This document shows positions 50,188 through 60,440 of a DNA stretch of 64,000 nt, piece after piece; within the stretch, counting starts at the first letter, position 1; every line of letters starts with the position of its first letter. The stretch spans positions 72,796-136,795 of the forward strand of contig MTMG01000013.1 of the NCBI GenBank assembly GCA_002010075.1, given 5' to 3'. The DNA comes from Methanomicrobia archaeon JdFR-19. GTDB lineage: Archaea > Halobacteriota > Methanosarcinia > DSM-18856 > Methermicoccaceae. Under the pieces are notes generated by a model that was not told the DNA's origin, did not search any database, and worked only from the letters and a program-made list of their open reading frames with translations. Both the position numbers and the translations under genes were made by a program.

Positions 50188-51260
50188 ATCTCCCTCGTTG
50201 TTTCCTCAACGACAGCACCTTCCCAGTAGTACATTATGAACGTACCAATCACTGCGACTATGACACCCAAGATGAGCCACCAGGCTGGGACGCCACCGAG
50301 GAAGAGTATCACGAATATCACTGCGAGCGGTCCATAAAGGGCTGCGATTGCCTGTCCTCTGCCCACACCGATCAGTGGGAAGGACTTGTACCATGAAACA
50401 TAACAGAATGCGAATGTTATACCAGCTGCCACAAGCCAGACTTGGGCATCTGCATTAGCGGTCGCTGACAAGAGTGGATAGATATTCCATCCGAACAGTG
50501 CAGCTGTGAGTGGGCATATTATGATGATCCAGTAGAAGACCTCGCCCATGAAACGCACTGTTATCCCAATGTCTGGGTCTGAAACATCCAGCGCCCTAGC
50601 AGCGACTGCTCCCTCGATACCCCATCCGAGGAATGCCATTGCACCTCCGAGGTATCCGAGGAACAGCACTTCAGGAGCCGCCGGATTCTGCAGTTGCGCA
50701 ATCATGTCCAGCGGGTTGAATATCAGTATGCCACCGAGAATAATAAGGACTATACCGAGGTATGTTCTCGGAGAAATCCTCTCCTTATACCACAGTTTAG
50801 CAATAGTTGCACCAACAACAGGATACACAAGAGCTGCTGCTGCAGCAAAGGCACCACCGATAATACCCATTGCCATAAACGAACCAAATATAGCTATTGG
50901 ACCACCGCATATTGCTCCAAGCCAGAACCACTTCGAGATGTTTGTGAAGTTTCGCAGTGTCCTTATCAACTCACCAAACTTACCGAGCACACCAACCCAT
51001 ACCAGAAGGAAAATCAGAACCCACACAGCGTTGAACGTCGTTATTACGACAGCTGCAGCCAAGAACTCGCCCAGCGGGTCGGTTCCCGGAAAGAGTGGTG
51101 GAGCCCATTCTCCATATGGGGGGGCATACCATACGACTGTCCCTGGGATGTACCACAATCCCCAGAGAATTGCACACCATAATGCCCAAATAAAACCCCA
51201 TTTAACTTTTACTTTTTGTTCGGCTTTTATTGCTTCAGCCAAACTCGTTACAGCACCCAT
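50184..51260 (-). CDS. Polytopic membrane protein (DMT/EamA-like transporter candidate)
   Basis: 358 aa, about 10 TM helices, Trp/Gly-rich. Confidence 0.55.
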   Translation of the reverse strand: MGAVTSLAEAIKAEQKVKVKWGFIWALWCAILWGLWYIPGTVVWYAPPYGEWAPPLFPGTDPLGEFLAAAVVITTFNAVWVLIFLLVWVGVLGKFGELIRTLRNFTNISKWFWLGAICGGPIAIFGSFMAMGIIGGAFAAAAALVYPVVGATIAKLWYKERISPRTYLGIVLIILGGILIFNPLDMIAQLQNPAAPEVLFLGYLGGAMAFLGWGIEGAVAARALDVSDPDIGITVRFMGEVFYWIIIICPLTAALFGWNIYPLLSATANADAQVWLVAAGITFAFCYVSWYKSFPLIGVGRGQAIAALYGPLAVIFVILFLGGVPAWWLILGVIVAVIGTFIMYYWEGAVVEETTREM

Positions 51261-51312
51261 ATCATCACCTCATTACAAATTTTTGGGGAGAAAAAATGAA
51301 AAAAACTCCCCT

Positions 51313-51957
51313 TTACTCTGCACCTACAAGTTTCTTAGCAATTCTTACGGCGTCGAGAGCATTCTCGGCGTAAGCATCAGCACCAATCTTGTCAGCCCAT
51401 TCTTGGGTTATGGGAGCGCCTCCCACCATCACCTTGACCTTGTCCTTGATGCCAACCTTCTCAAGCTCCTCTACGACTGCACGCTGGTTGAGCATTGTTG
51501 TTGTCATGAGTGCGGATGCCCCTACGATGTCTGCGTTCAGTTCCTTTGCCTTGTTGGCGAACTCCACATTGGGGACATCCCTTCCGAGGTCATGAACATC
51601 GAACCCCGCAATGCTGAGCATGGTTGCGACGATGTCCTTACCGATCGTGTGAATGTCTCCCTCAACTGTTCCAATCAAGTACACTCCTATGGATTCTCCT
51701 GCCTTTGCTCCCTTCAGAACTGGCTCAACCACAGCAACAGCAGCCTTCATGGCTTCAGATGCTGCCATCACGTGAGGTAGGAAAACCTCGCCCTTGTCGA
51801 ACTTATCACCAATCTCACGCATAGCAGCGGTCATGCCCTCAATGAGTTCCACAGGGTCAACACCCGCATCGAGTGCTTCCTGTGCCGCCTTTACAGCCTC
51901 GTCTTTCTTGTAGTTTTTGATTGCATCCTGAACTTTCTGTATAAGCTCGCTTGACAT
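51313..51957 (-). CDS. mttC: Methylamine-specific corrinoid protein (B12-binding, MttC family)
   Basis: 214 aa with the cobalamin-binding DxHxxG motif (GDIHTIGKDIV) and the corrinoid-protein N-terminal helical cap. Confidence 0.85.
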   Translation of the reverse strand: MSSELIQKVQDAIKNYKKDEAVKAAQEALDAGVDPVELIEGMTAAMREIGDKFDKGEVFLPHVMAASEAMKAAVAVVEPVLKGAKAGESIGVYLIGTVEGDIHTIGKDIVATMLSIAGFDVHDLGRDVPNVEFANKAKELNADIVGASALMTTTMLNQRAVVEELEKVGIKDKVKVMVGGAPITQEWADKIGADAYAENALDAVRIAKKLVGAE

Positions 51958-51963
51958 TAAAAA

Positions 51964-53478
51964 TCACCTCCCTTCTAATGCCGCCTTATCGGCCCTCTTC
52001 ATAACCTCTTCCATGTCCTTCAGCACATCGCTGTCTATCGGAGCGACCTCATGCGTCTTGAGAATCTCATCGACCTTATCGCGTGCTGCCTGTGCAAGGT
52101 CCTTTCCGCCAAGGGACTGCCATGTCCCTCTCATGTTCCTGTCGATCAAGGTTGGGTTGGACTGAATGTTGATGAGGTCTCTTGTCTCATCCAGAGCCAA
52201 GAAGTCTCCGCCCGCTCCAACTGACTTGATGGAGTCTACAGCGAGTGTTGTCTCGTTCACTTCGATTCCCTCAACGACCATCCTTGCCATTCCAATGATA
52301 TCGTTGTCGATGACTATCTGCTCAGAGCTGACAGTCATACCAAGCTCGAGCATACCTGCTCCGTATATGCTGTTCGCACCTGCAAGTGCGGGTACGAGTG
52401 TTGTGATTGTCTTCTCATGACCTGCCTGTGCATCTGGGAGTTTGGAGTCGGTCTAAGTTCCAGCCACGTAGCTTGGCAAGTTGTAATACTGAGCCAGCTG
52501 TGCCACTGCTGCACTGATAAGTGCAAGCTCAGGCGAACCAACTGGTGCGGTTCCCTTTCTCAGGTCGAAAGCTGTTGTGGAGCTTCCATACCACACAGGA
52601 GCACCAGGGTTTGCAAGCTGGGACAGGACTATACCTGCCAAAACCTCAGCGTTGTGTGTCACGAGAGTGCCTGCAACATGCACCGGAGATGTCGCTCCTG
52701 CCATTGCCATGCTCAAAACGTTCACTGGCATCTCGTACTTTGCACCATATATTATGACCTTCACAGCGTTCTCGTGGAGTTGTAGTGGGCTTGTTGGACA
52801 GAGAAGCAACGAGAGTATTGGTCTCTTCCTTGCCAGCTCCTCATCTCCACCATAGAACGCCTTTACTACTTCCCAGTATGTGTCGATGCTGGTACCGACA
52901 GGGTCAATGTGCTGGAAGTGTTTGCTCGTACCCTTCAAGGATGCCATCAGTTCGTGTACGTCCTGCGCACCCTTGTCAGACCAGTCTCTTGCAGAGACCG
53001 TCAGGGAGAAGTAGTCAATGTTATCACACCAGTCTGTGACTATTGCGGTGTCGATGATGTCCTGCTCAACTGAGTCCCTGACAACCGGCTTGCCATCTTT
53101 GAATTCGAATACCTGTACACCGGTACCGAAGGTTGTCCAGTATACTTTGCCTCCTGCCTCCTGAATGAGGTCGTTCTCCTTGGTTCTGCCTGCCAGTAAG
53201 AATCTTGATGGGGCAGTCTGCAAAGCCTTCCTCACGACCCACTCAGGAATCTTCACCATCTGTGTCTCGTTGTCTACTTCACAGCCGTTTTCCTCGAACA
53301 CTTTTCTACCGAGTTCATCTGTGACGAGAACGCCTGTGTCTGTGAATACGTCCATGGTAGCTTGGTGTATCTCTCTTAATTCGCTCTTAGAGAAGAGTTT
53401 TAACCCAGCTCCATGAAGCTTCTCAACGCCTGCTTCTACATATTTTCTCATGTTTATCACGTAGGAAGTGTATGCCAT
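51964..53478 (-). CDS. mttB: Trimethylamine:corrinoid methyltransferase MttB, with in-frame TAG (pyrrolysine position) at 52453..52455
   Basis: Track ORFs 52453..53478 and 51964..52353 are in frame. The joined protein reads ...[55 protein letters not shown]... and is collinear with Methanosarcina MttB across about 500 aa. The TAG sits at the canonical Pyl site. Confidence 0.9.
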
Positions 53479-53630
53479 TACATCTAAATAAGTCTTACTA
53501 AAAAACCGAATAAATCAAAATAAATTGAATAAATTATAAAAAAATTTGAGTTTTGAACTGAAAATAGGACGCAGTCTTGTCACTTCATTTTCCACCATAC
53601 ATATATATTTCACAATGATAAATCAAAATC
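53479..53630. promoter_or_regulatory. AT-rich divergent promoter region upstream of mttBC (minus) and a membrane-protein gene (plus)
   Basis: About 150 nt of A/T tracts between divergent starts (aaataaattgaataaattataaaaaaattt). Confidence 0.3.
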
Positions 53631-54140
53631 ATGGATAGACGGATAAAAGTTGTCCTGCCCATAGCTCTCGCAGTCATTTTCGTGGTAATTCAGTCCCGCG
53701 AAATATATCCACTCATGGTAGTTTATTTCTTCCCACCGCTCGGGAAGGAGTCTGTCATCCCCACTGCGGTAGCCCTTGGATTCGGGCCACTTCACACCGC
53801 TCTCACCTTCACCACCATGGACGCCCTCACCTCCCTCTTCATCATATGGAACTTCGACCTTGTGTGCAGACTCAAGGTGATTGGAGACATCATAGCACGG
53901 GTGATGGTGAAGGCTATTAACATCCTCTCCCGCCGTCCATGGATATGGAGGTTTGCCTACATTGGAATATTCGTAGTTGTTTTTATCCCGTTTCAGGGAA
54001 GCGGTGCTGTGACCGCATCCGTACTGGGAAAACTGCTCGGTCTAAAACCCGAATACCTGTGGGTTGTCATAGTTCTAGCATCTTTTTTGAGCTCGATAAC
54101 GATTGCATTCTCCACAAGAATCGCCATACACCTTCTTTAA
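53631..54140 (+). CDS. Small polytopic membrane protein, unknown function
   Basis: 169 aa with about 4-5 TM helices. Confidence 0.5.
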   Translation: MDRRIKVVLPIALAVIFVVIQSREIYPLMVVYFFPPLGKESVIPTAVALGFGPLHTALTFTTMDALTSLFIIWNFDLVCRLKVIGDIIARVMVKAINILSRRPWIWRFAYIGIFVVVFIPFQGSGAVTASVLGKLLGLKPEYLWVVIVLASFLSSITIAFSTRIAIHLL

Positions 54141-56401
54141 GGAGGTGTTTCCAGCCACGGTTTGTAATCCACATTCCCGACAGCCCTTGATGCCCGTGGA
54201 GATGGACCCTTCGGCGAGCCCCACCAGTTGTATTCCGCATTCACTTTCTGTGGTGTTATTCCCCACACTCCAACGCTCGTGTTTCCGAAGTCGTTGTAGT
54301 GGAGTTCACACCCATGCCTCTTGAATATGAGGGCTCCTGAGAATCCTTCGTAGCGGTTATGGACCACGTATGCGAACGGAGTACCAACATCCCCGATTAC
54401 GACTGTCCCGAACTTTGTGGACTGGATGAAGTTGTTGGATATTTCGGTCTGTGCGTTCCTCCATACGGTTATTCCGAGTTTTGTGTCCAGAGAGTTGTTT
54501 TGTATGTGGCAATTCGTGAGTCTCTCTTCTGTGAGACCCGCAATCACAATCCCACTGTTCGCAGATATTTCATTGTCCCTTATTGAGTTGTTGAAGGCTC
54601 TCGATTCTGGGACAGACTGCACCACCACACCCATCTTTGCATCCACCCTGTTTCCAACCACATTGTTCTCGACTCCTGTCACCACCACACCTATATCACC
54701 CGATATCGTGTTCCCCACAACGATATTGTGGTCTGGGAGGTTGTAGAAACCGGGAGGCTCAACAGCACCACTCTTGTTTGTGAAGTATGGGCGTGTTATT
54801 CCGAGTTCGTACATGAGTACAAGCTGTTCTTTCAAGTCCTTTTTCAGTCCCTTAACCTTGATCTTCTTCATCTTCAAGTTCAGCAACTTCACATTTGACC
54901 AGAAGGTTGTGTTCGTGACAACCACACCGAACTTTGCAGATATGGAGTTATTCTGGATGATGGAAGAGGTTGTGTTGTATGCTACGATGCCATACAGACC
55001 TTGGAGGGTGTTGTTTGTGATGCGGGTCGAATCCGAAAAGGCGAGCAAGAGCCCCTCACTACCGGTGTTGTTCTCAAATAGTCCATGGTCATCGAAGCTC
55101 ACCTGATAGGAATATATTCTGCACGAGCTGGCTATGTTGTCCCTCACGACTATGCCACTGCTAACTCTTGTCCATATAGTGAAATTGTTCTCGTATCCGG
55201 TGTTGTTCTCGATGAAGACGTTGTTTAGGTAGGCACCATATATGCCAGAGTGTGTGTCGTTGAACACAGTGTTGTGTCTTACGAACGAATTCGAGACAGT
55301 GTCCATGTGTATCCCGTACGGGCATGAGTGGATGGTGTTGTGGGTGAGGGTCAGGTTGGTGGAATGGACTTCCGCAATTATTCCGTGTTTTTCACACGAT
55401 TGTATGGTGGTGTTCGAGACGGTGGAGTCGTTTACCGTGTAGAGCAGTACACCATACTTCCCTCCATCTATTGTTGAGTCCAAGAGGCTGAGGTATGATG
55501 AGTCTCTTGCGTATACAGGGATTGTTGTTGAGGATGAGGTGAGATTGAATACACGGGAGTGTGAAGAATACTGGACACACACACCGAACTCGCAATCAGT
55601 GGTCGAGATGTTTGAAATCTGCGAGTTCTCGGACAGATACACATAAACACCCTAAGAGCAGTTGGTTGCAGAGATGGATTCAGCTCTCACACCATCCGAA
55701 TCCAGCAGATAAAGTCCTATGTTCAGACCCTCGAACGAGATGTTCGAAAGAGTGGATGAAGAGTTGCGCAGTATCACACCACTCTGCTCTCCTGTGAGGA
55801 GTGCATCCTCGATTTCCCCATTCACGTTGTACAGATAGATGGGAGATGTTTTTCCATATACGGTGGTGTTGTGCATCGAGAAAAAGCCGTTATCCGTGGC
55901 GAACACATCACTTTGAAGTAAGCAGTCCTTTACCCACACCCGAGAGGATATGGGTCTGATCGAGTATCTGGAGGTGGATATTGTGGTGTTGGATACATTC
56001 ACCTCAGAGTTCATTATGACCATGCCATCGGTGGAGTTGATGATGTTGCACCCTTCTATGCTCACGTTGGTGCGTAACGGGTCTGAGTAGTATCCAACGA
56101 GTATTGCGGTTCCGTCTGTATCAACGGTGAGGTTGGCAAGTGTGATGTTCGATGCTTTTATCCAGATGTAGTCTTCAAGTGTGCAACCGAGTGTGCCACC
56201 TATGATGGAGACTTCCTTTCCAATGTTGAGGGTTTCGTTGTATGTTCCGTTCACAACTATCGTGTCCCCATCACTCGCATTTGTGAGCGCCTGAGATAGG
56301 GTGGGATAGTCCTCAGGAACATGGATTACACTTGCATTTGCTCCCGCGGTTGTTATGAATATGAACAACACGATTAGAGGCAATTTCATACTCAATTTCA
56401 T
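54137..56401 (-). CDS. Secreted right-handed parallel beta-helix repeat protein (NosD/pectate-lyase-like), with an in-frame TAG at 55652..55654
   Basis: Track ORFs 55652..56401 (signal peptide MKLSMKLPLIVLFIFITTAGANA plus beta-helix repeats) and 54137..55642 share a frame. They are joined via TAG GGT GTT TAT GTG TAT. The NxS/T-rich repeats continue across the junction. Confidence 0.7.
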
Positions 56402-56437
56402 ACATACACACTCTCCAAACTAATATTTAAATCAAGC

Positions 56438-56854
56438 TCACCATTTCACACTCTCGAGAATCACAGCAGGACAAATCCTATTCACTCCATCCATTCTCGC
56501 TATTTTTTTGTGGATTTCAGACAATTCGTCGAGCGAGAAGGCAACAACCTAACTCATGATTGTGTGGTCTCCTGATGTCAGCATCACAATCTTCACCTCT
56601 TCCATTTCCCTCAGCTTTCTGATCACATCCCAGAGATGTTCAGGACCGACATCTATGCCCGTGAGGGAGGCAAACAGATTTTTGTAGTTCAGCATTGCAT
56701 TGTATCCGAGTATCACACCCTCCTTTTCCAGTTTTGTTATCCTCTTCCTGACCGCAGTCTCACTCAGTCCAAGCATCTTCGCTATCTTCGTCTTGGGGGT
56801 TCTTGCATCTCTCAGCAACATCGAAATGATTTTTCTGTCTCTTTCATCCATCAT
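56438..56854 (-). CDS. lrp: Lrp/AsnC-family transcriptional regulator, with an in-frame TAG at 56549..56551
   Basis: N-terminal HTH (KIISMLLRDARTPKTKIAKMLGLSETAVRKRITKLEKEGVI). After the TAG, the RAM domain continues VVAFSLDELSEIHKKIARMDGVNRICPAVILESVKW to a TGA. The TAG aligns with the conserved Lys of the GDYDLLLKVVA segment. Confidence 0.8.
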
Positions 56855-56951
56855 TATAACCCTCTTTATTCAACTATATATATAGTCTGGTTCGATTTTC
56901 GAACAAAAAATATTATAAATTGTTATTCTAAATTTCGTATGGTGATAAAAA

Positions 56952-57617
56952 ATGTGTGAAAGAATGGAAGAAATGGCTGGGGAGAGGTTTCCCCTGATTG
57001 GGGAGACATTTCCATCAATGGAAGTGCAAACAACCCATGGTGTGATGAATCTGCCAGACGACTACAAAGGAAAATGGCTCGTATTTTTCAGTCATCCTGC
57101 TGATTTTACACCCGTATGCACGACTGAGTTCGTTGCGTTTCAGAAGAGATACGACAAATTCAGGGAACTGAACTGTGAGTTGATAGGGCTGAGCATTGAC
57201 CAGGTGTTCTCTCACATAAAATGGGTAGAGTGGATAAATGAGAAATTGGGGATTGAGATCGAGTTTCCAGTGATAGCGGATGACACAGGTATTGTGTCCA
57301 AAAAGCTGGGCCTCATACATCCGGGCAAGGGAACGAACACTGTGAGGGCGGTGTTCATAGTTGACCCTCAGGGTGTGATAAGAGCGATTCTTTACTATCC
57401 GCAAGAGCTTGGAAGGAACATGGACGAGATTTTGAGGATGGTGAGAGGTCTGCAGATTGTTGATGGGGAAGGAGTTGCAATGCCTGCAAACTGGCCCGAG
57501 AATGAGCTGGTGGGCGACAGTGTAATCATACCACCCGCGAAGACAGTGGAGGATGCGAAGAGGAGATTGGAAGAATACGAGAACTACGACTGGTGGTTCT
57601 GTTACAGGAAGTTGTGA
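56952..57617 (+). CDS. prx: Peroxiredoxin (AhpC/TSA family)
   Basis: Peroxidatic cysteine motif FTPVCTTE. 221 aa. Confidence 0.85.
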   Translation: MCERMEEMAGERFPLIGETFPSMEVQTTHGVMNLPDDYKGKWLVFFSHPADFTPVCTTEFVAFQKRYDKFRELNCELIGLSIDQVFSHIKWVEWINEKLGIEIEFPVIADDTGIVSKKLGLIHPGKGTNTVRAVFIVDPQGVIRAILYYPQELGRNMDEILRMVRGLQIVDGEGVAMPANWPENELVGDSVIIPPAKTVEDAKRRLEEYENYDWWFCYRKL

Positions 57618-57648
57618 TATGAGGTTGTGAGAGAGGGAAAAGGGAGGT

Positions 57649-58086
57649 GTGAGAATGACTGAGTTGAATGAGATGTACAGGTGTGAGGTGTGCGGGAACA
57701 TCTTGGAGGTTGTGCATGCTGGGAAATGTGTGCCTGTGTGCTGTGAACAACCCATGAAACTGCTTGAGCCAAAGACAGAGGATGCGGGGAAGGAGAAGCA
57801 TGTTCCGGTTGTGGAGTATGGGAAGAAGTTGGTCGTCAAGGTTGGGAGTGTTCCGCACCCGATGGAAGAGAACCATTACATTGAATGGATAGAGGTGATT
57901 ACAGACGATGCGGTTTACAGAAAGCACCTCAAACCAGGTGATGAGCCAAAGGCTGAGTTCGAGATTCCGGCTGTTAAGAAGGTGAAAGGACCGAGATGCT
58001 GTCCCATGTCGCCCGCAGTCCGCAGGGTGCCAGATGTGAAGGCGGTGAGGGAATACTGTAATGTTCATGGGTTGTGGAGGGCATGA
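57649..58086 (+). CDS. dfx: Desulfoferrodoxin-type superoxide reductase
   Basis: N-terminal desulforedoxin CEVCGN...C..C, centre II EKHVP, C-terminal YCNVHGLW. Confidence 0.8.
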   Translation: MRMTELNEMYRCEVCGNILEVVHAGKCVPVCCEQPMKLLEPKTEDAGKEKHVPVVEYGKKLVVKVGSVPHPMEENHYIEWIEVITDDAVYRKHLKPGDEPKAEFEIPAVKKVKGPRCCPMSPAVRRVPDVKAVREYCNVHGLWRA

Positions 58087-59267
58087 AGCCAGAGCCGGTT
58101 GAGATAGCGAAGGGCATATACTGGGTTGGGGCTGTGGACTGGGAGGAGAGAGATTTCCATGGCTTCAGAATCGAAAGAGGTTCGAGCTATAATGCCTATC
58201 TCGTGGTGGATGAGAAGATAACGCTCGTGGATACCGTGAAGCAGAGGTTCTTCCACGAGATGATTGAGAGGGTTTCTCAGGTGGTTGAGCCATCTGAAAT
58301 AGATTACATCGTATCGAACCATGTTGAGACAGACCACTCCGGCGCACTTGCAGATGTAAAGGAACTGACAGATGCAACTGTGATATGTACAGAGAAAGGA
58401 AAGAAGGGACTGTGCAAGCACTTTGACTGTTCAGAGTGGGAGATGAAGGTGGTGAAGACCGGGGACGAACTCTCCATAGGCAGGAGAACTCTCATGTTCG
58501 TCGAGACCCCAATGCTTCACTGGCCAGATAATATGGTGACGTATGTGAAGGAGGACAAAATACTTATGTCGAATGATGCGTTTGGACAGCATTTTGCGAG
58601 TGTGGAGAGGTATGATGAAGAGGTTGGTGTGGACGAGGCGGTAAGGTGGGCGAAGCTGTATTATGCAAACATACTGATGCCGTTTGGGGAGTTAGTCAAG
58701 AGGAAACTGGAGGAGCTTTCCACCATCGAAATCGAAATGATAGCTCCGAGCCATGGGGTGATATGGAAGAACCCGCAGAGGATACTGGAAGCTTATTCGA
58801 AGTGGGCGAGCTTCGTGAGCGAGAGGAAATTGGTCGTGGTGTACGATACGATGTGGGAGAGTACATCCCGAATAGCGAAGGCGATTGCAGAGGGTGCAGG
58901 CTCGGAGGGTGTTGATGTGAGAGTGTTCCGTGTGAGAAACGATGACATCAGCGACATCATGGCTGAGATACTGGATGCGGGTGGTGTTGCTATCGGCTCA
59001 TCAACGATGCACAACACCTTCCTTCCTTCGGTTTCATCCTTCCTTACCTCATTGCAGGGACTGAGACCCAAGGGGAAATTGGGTGTTGCCTTTGGTTCTT
59101 ATGGATGGAGTGGGGGGGCGGTGAAACAAATCACAGAGGTGCTTGAGAAACTCAGGTTCGATGTGCTTCCACCACTCCAAATAAGGTACAGACCCACGGA
59201 TGAGGAACTGAGGAAAGCGTTCGACCTCGGTGTTAATATGGCAGAAAAGATTAAGGAGAGAGTATGA
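58074..59267 (+). CDS. fprA: Flavodiiron protein (FprA; F420H2/rubredoxin:O2 or NO oxidoreductase)
   Basis: Metallo-beta-lactamase-like diiron domain (HVETDH) plus C-terminal flavodoxin domain. 397 aa. Confidence 0.85.
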   Translation: MEGMKPEPVEIAKGIYWVGAVDWEERDFHGFRIERGSSYNAYLVVDEKITLVDTVKQRFFHEMIERVSQVVEPSEIDYIVSNHVETDHSGALADVKELTDATVICTEKGKKGLCKHFDCSEWEMKVVKTGDELSIGRRTLMFVETPMLHWPDNMVTYVKEDKILMSNDAFGQHFASVERYDEEVGVDEAVRWAKLYYANILMPFGELVKRKLEELSTIEIEMIAPSHGVIWKNPQRILEAYSKWASFVSERKLVVVYDTMWESTSRIAKAIAEGAGSEGVDVRVFRVRNDDISDIMAEILDAGGVAIGSSTMHNTFLPSVSSFLTSLQGLRPKGKLGVAFGSYGWSGGAVKQITEVLEKLRFDVLPPLQIRYRPTDEELRKAFDLGVNMAEKIKERV

Positions 59268-59842
59268 TAGTTGGCATATGCGGAAGTCCGAGAAAAAAGG
59301 CGACTGAGTATGTTCTGACAAAGGCACTTGAGATGATTGAGGAAAGAGGGTTTGAGACCCACCTCTACACAGTAAGGGGAAAGAACATAGGTTTCTGTCA
59401 GCATTGTGATTACTGTTTGAAGAACAAGGAGTGCAGAATAAAGGACGATATGTATGAACTTTATGAGAAATTGAGAGAGGCTAATGGGATTGTGATGGCG
59501 ACTCCAGTTTACAACGGCGGAGTGAGTGGGCAGATAAAAGCAGTAATGGACAGGTGCAGGGCGCTGGTTGCATCAGACTACAACTTCTTCCGTGGGAAGG
59601 TAGGGATGGCGATAGCTGTTGGAGGGGACAGAATAGGCGGGCAAGAACTCGCCCTCCAGCAGATAATCACATTCTACATCCTGAACGGAATCGTGCCGGT
59701 GAGTGGTGGCTCCTTTGGTGCGAACCTCGGTGCAACGTTCTGGTCGAAAGACACGCTGGAGGGCGTGGAAGGGGATGAAGAAGGGTTCAGAACACTCAGA
59801 AAGACTGTAAGGAAGTTTGCCGAATATTTATCAGAGGAATGA
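59264..59842 (+). CDS. isf: Iron-sulfur flavoprotein / NADPH-dependent FMN reductase family (Isf-like)
   Basis: 192 aa. Flavodoxin-like fold with a compact Cys motif (CQHCDYCLKNKEC). Confidence 0.7.
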   Translation: MIVGICGSPRKKATEYVLTKALEMIEERGFETHLYTVRGKNIGFCQHCDYCLKNKECRIKDDMYELYEKLREANGIVMATPVYNGGVSGQIKAVMDRCRALVASDYNFFRGKVGMAIAVGGDRIGGQELALQQIITFYILNGIVPVSGGSFGANLGATFWSKDTLEGVEGDEEGFRTLRKTVRKFAEYLSEE

Positions 59843-60393
59843 TTATGAAGAGTGTTGCGTGGGGAATCACAGGAAGCGGAGACAGGATTGTGGAGACGTA
59901 CGAGGTGATGAGTGGGATAAAGAAGGAATACGAAGATGTTGAGGTCAGGGTTTATCTGAGCAGGGCGGGGGAGCAGGTGGTGAAGTACTATAGACTTACG
60001 GACAAGCTGAAGAACGATTTCGACAGAGTGTATGTGGAAATAAATGCAAACTCACCTTTCCTCGCAGGGCAGTTGCAGATCGGCAGGTTTGAGTTCCTTC
60101 TGATAGCTCCCGCAACCTCCAACACGGTTGCAAAGATTTCGATGGGGGTGGCTGACTCTCTCCTCTCCAACTCAGCAATCATGGCCATGAAGGCTTTTGT
60201 CCCGGTTTATCTCATGCCATCTGACATAGTTGAGGGGATTGTGGAGACCATACTACCCAGTGGAAAAAAGATGAAGCTGAGAATCAGGAGAGAGGATGTT
60301 GAGCATGTGAAGAGGCTTTCACAGATGGACGGAATGTTCATACTCGAAAAGCCTGAGGACATCTGGGGAGTGTTTGAAAAGCACTTCAGATGA
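59839..60393 (+). CDS. afpA: Archaeal flavoprotein AfpA-like (HFCD/PPC-decarboxylase-fold flavoprotein)
   Basis: 184 aa. Translationally coupled to the Isf-like gene, as in described AfpA-partner pairs. Confidence 0.6.
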   Translation: MIMKSVAWGITGSGDRIVETYEVMSGIKKEYEDVEVRVYLSRAGEQVVKYYRLTDKLKNDFDRVYVEINANSPFLAGQLQIGRFEFLLIAPATSNTVAKISMGVADSLLSNSAIMAMKAFVPVYLMPSDIVEGIVETILPSGKKMKLRIRREDVEHVKRLSQMDGMFILEKPEDIWGVFEKHFR

Positions 60394-60440
60394 CAGATGA
60401 GTCCAAGCCTCAAAACCGCCCATTCTCCACAAAAACTTCC

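Noticed and set aside
54137-55642. Off-by-one disagreements between my hand-counted coordinates and the ORF track at a few loci (e.g. about 35082, 39215, 55242-55652)
   Set aside because: I treated this as my own counting drift across 60-nt lines rather than biology. Track coordinates were used wherever available.
3576-56551. Interpreting the nine split genes as pseudogenes, frameshifts or sequencing errors
   Set aside because: Every interruption is exactly one in-frame TAG, with conserved sequence in the same frame on both sides. None is a TGA, a TAA or a frameshift. Several of the affected genes are essential (gatA, aroB'). TAG is also never used as a terminator here. Random decay would not produce that pattern.
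56549-56854. The 101-aa Lrp ORF as a truncated regulator lacking its RAM domain
   Set aside because: The RAM domain continues in frame after the TAG at 56549..56551, down to a TGA at about 56438.
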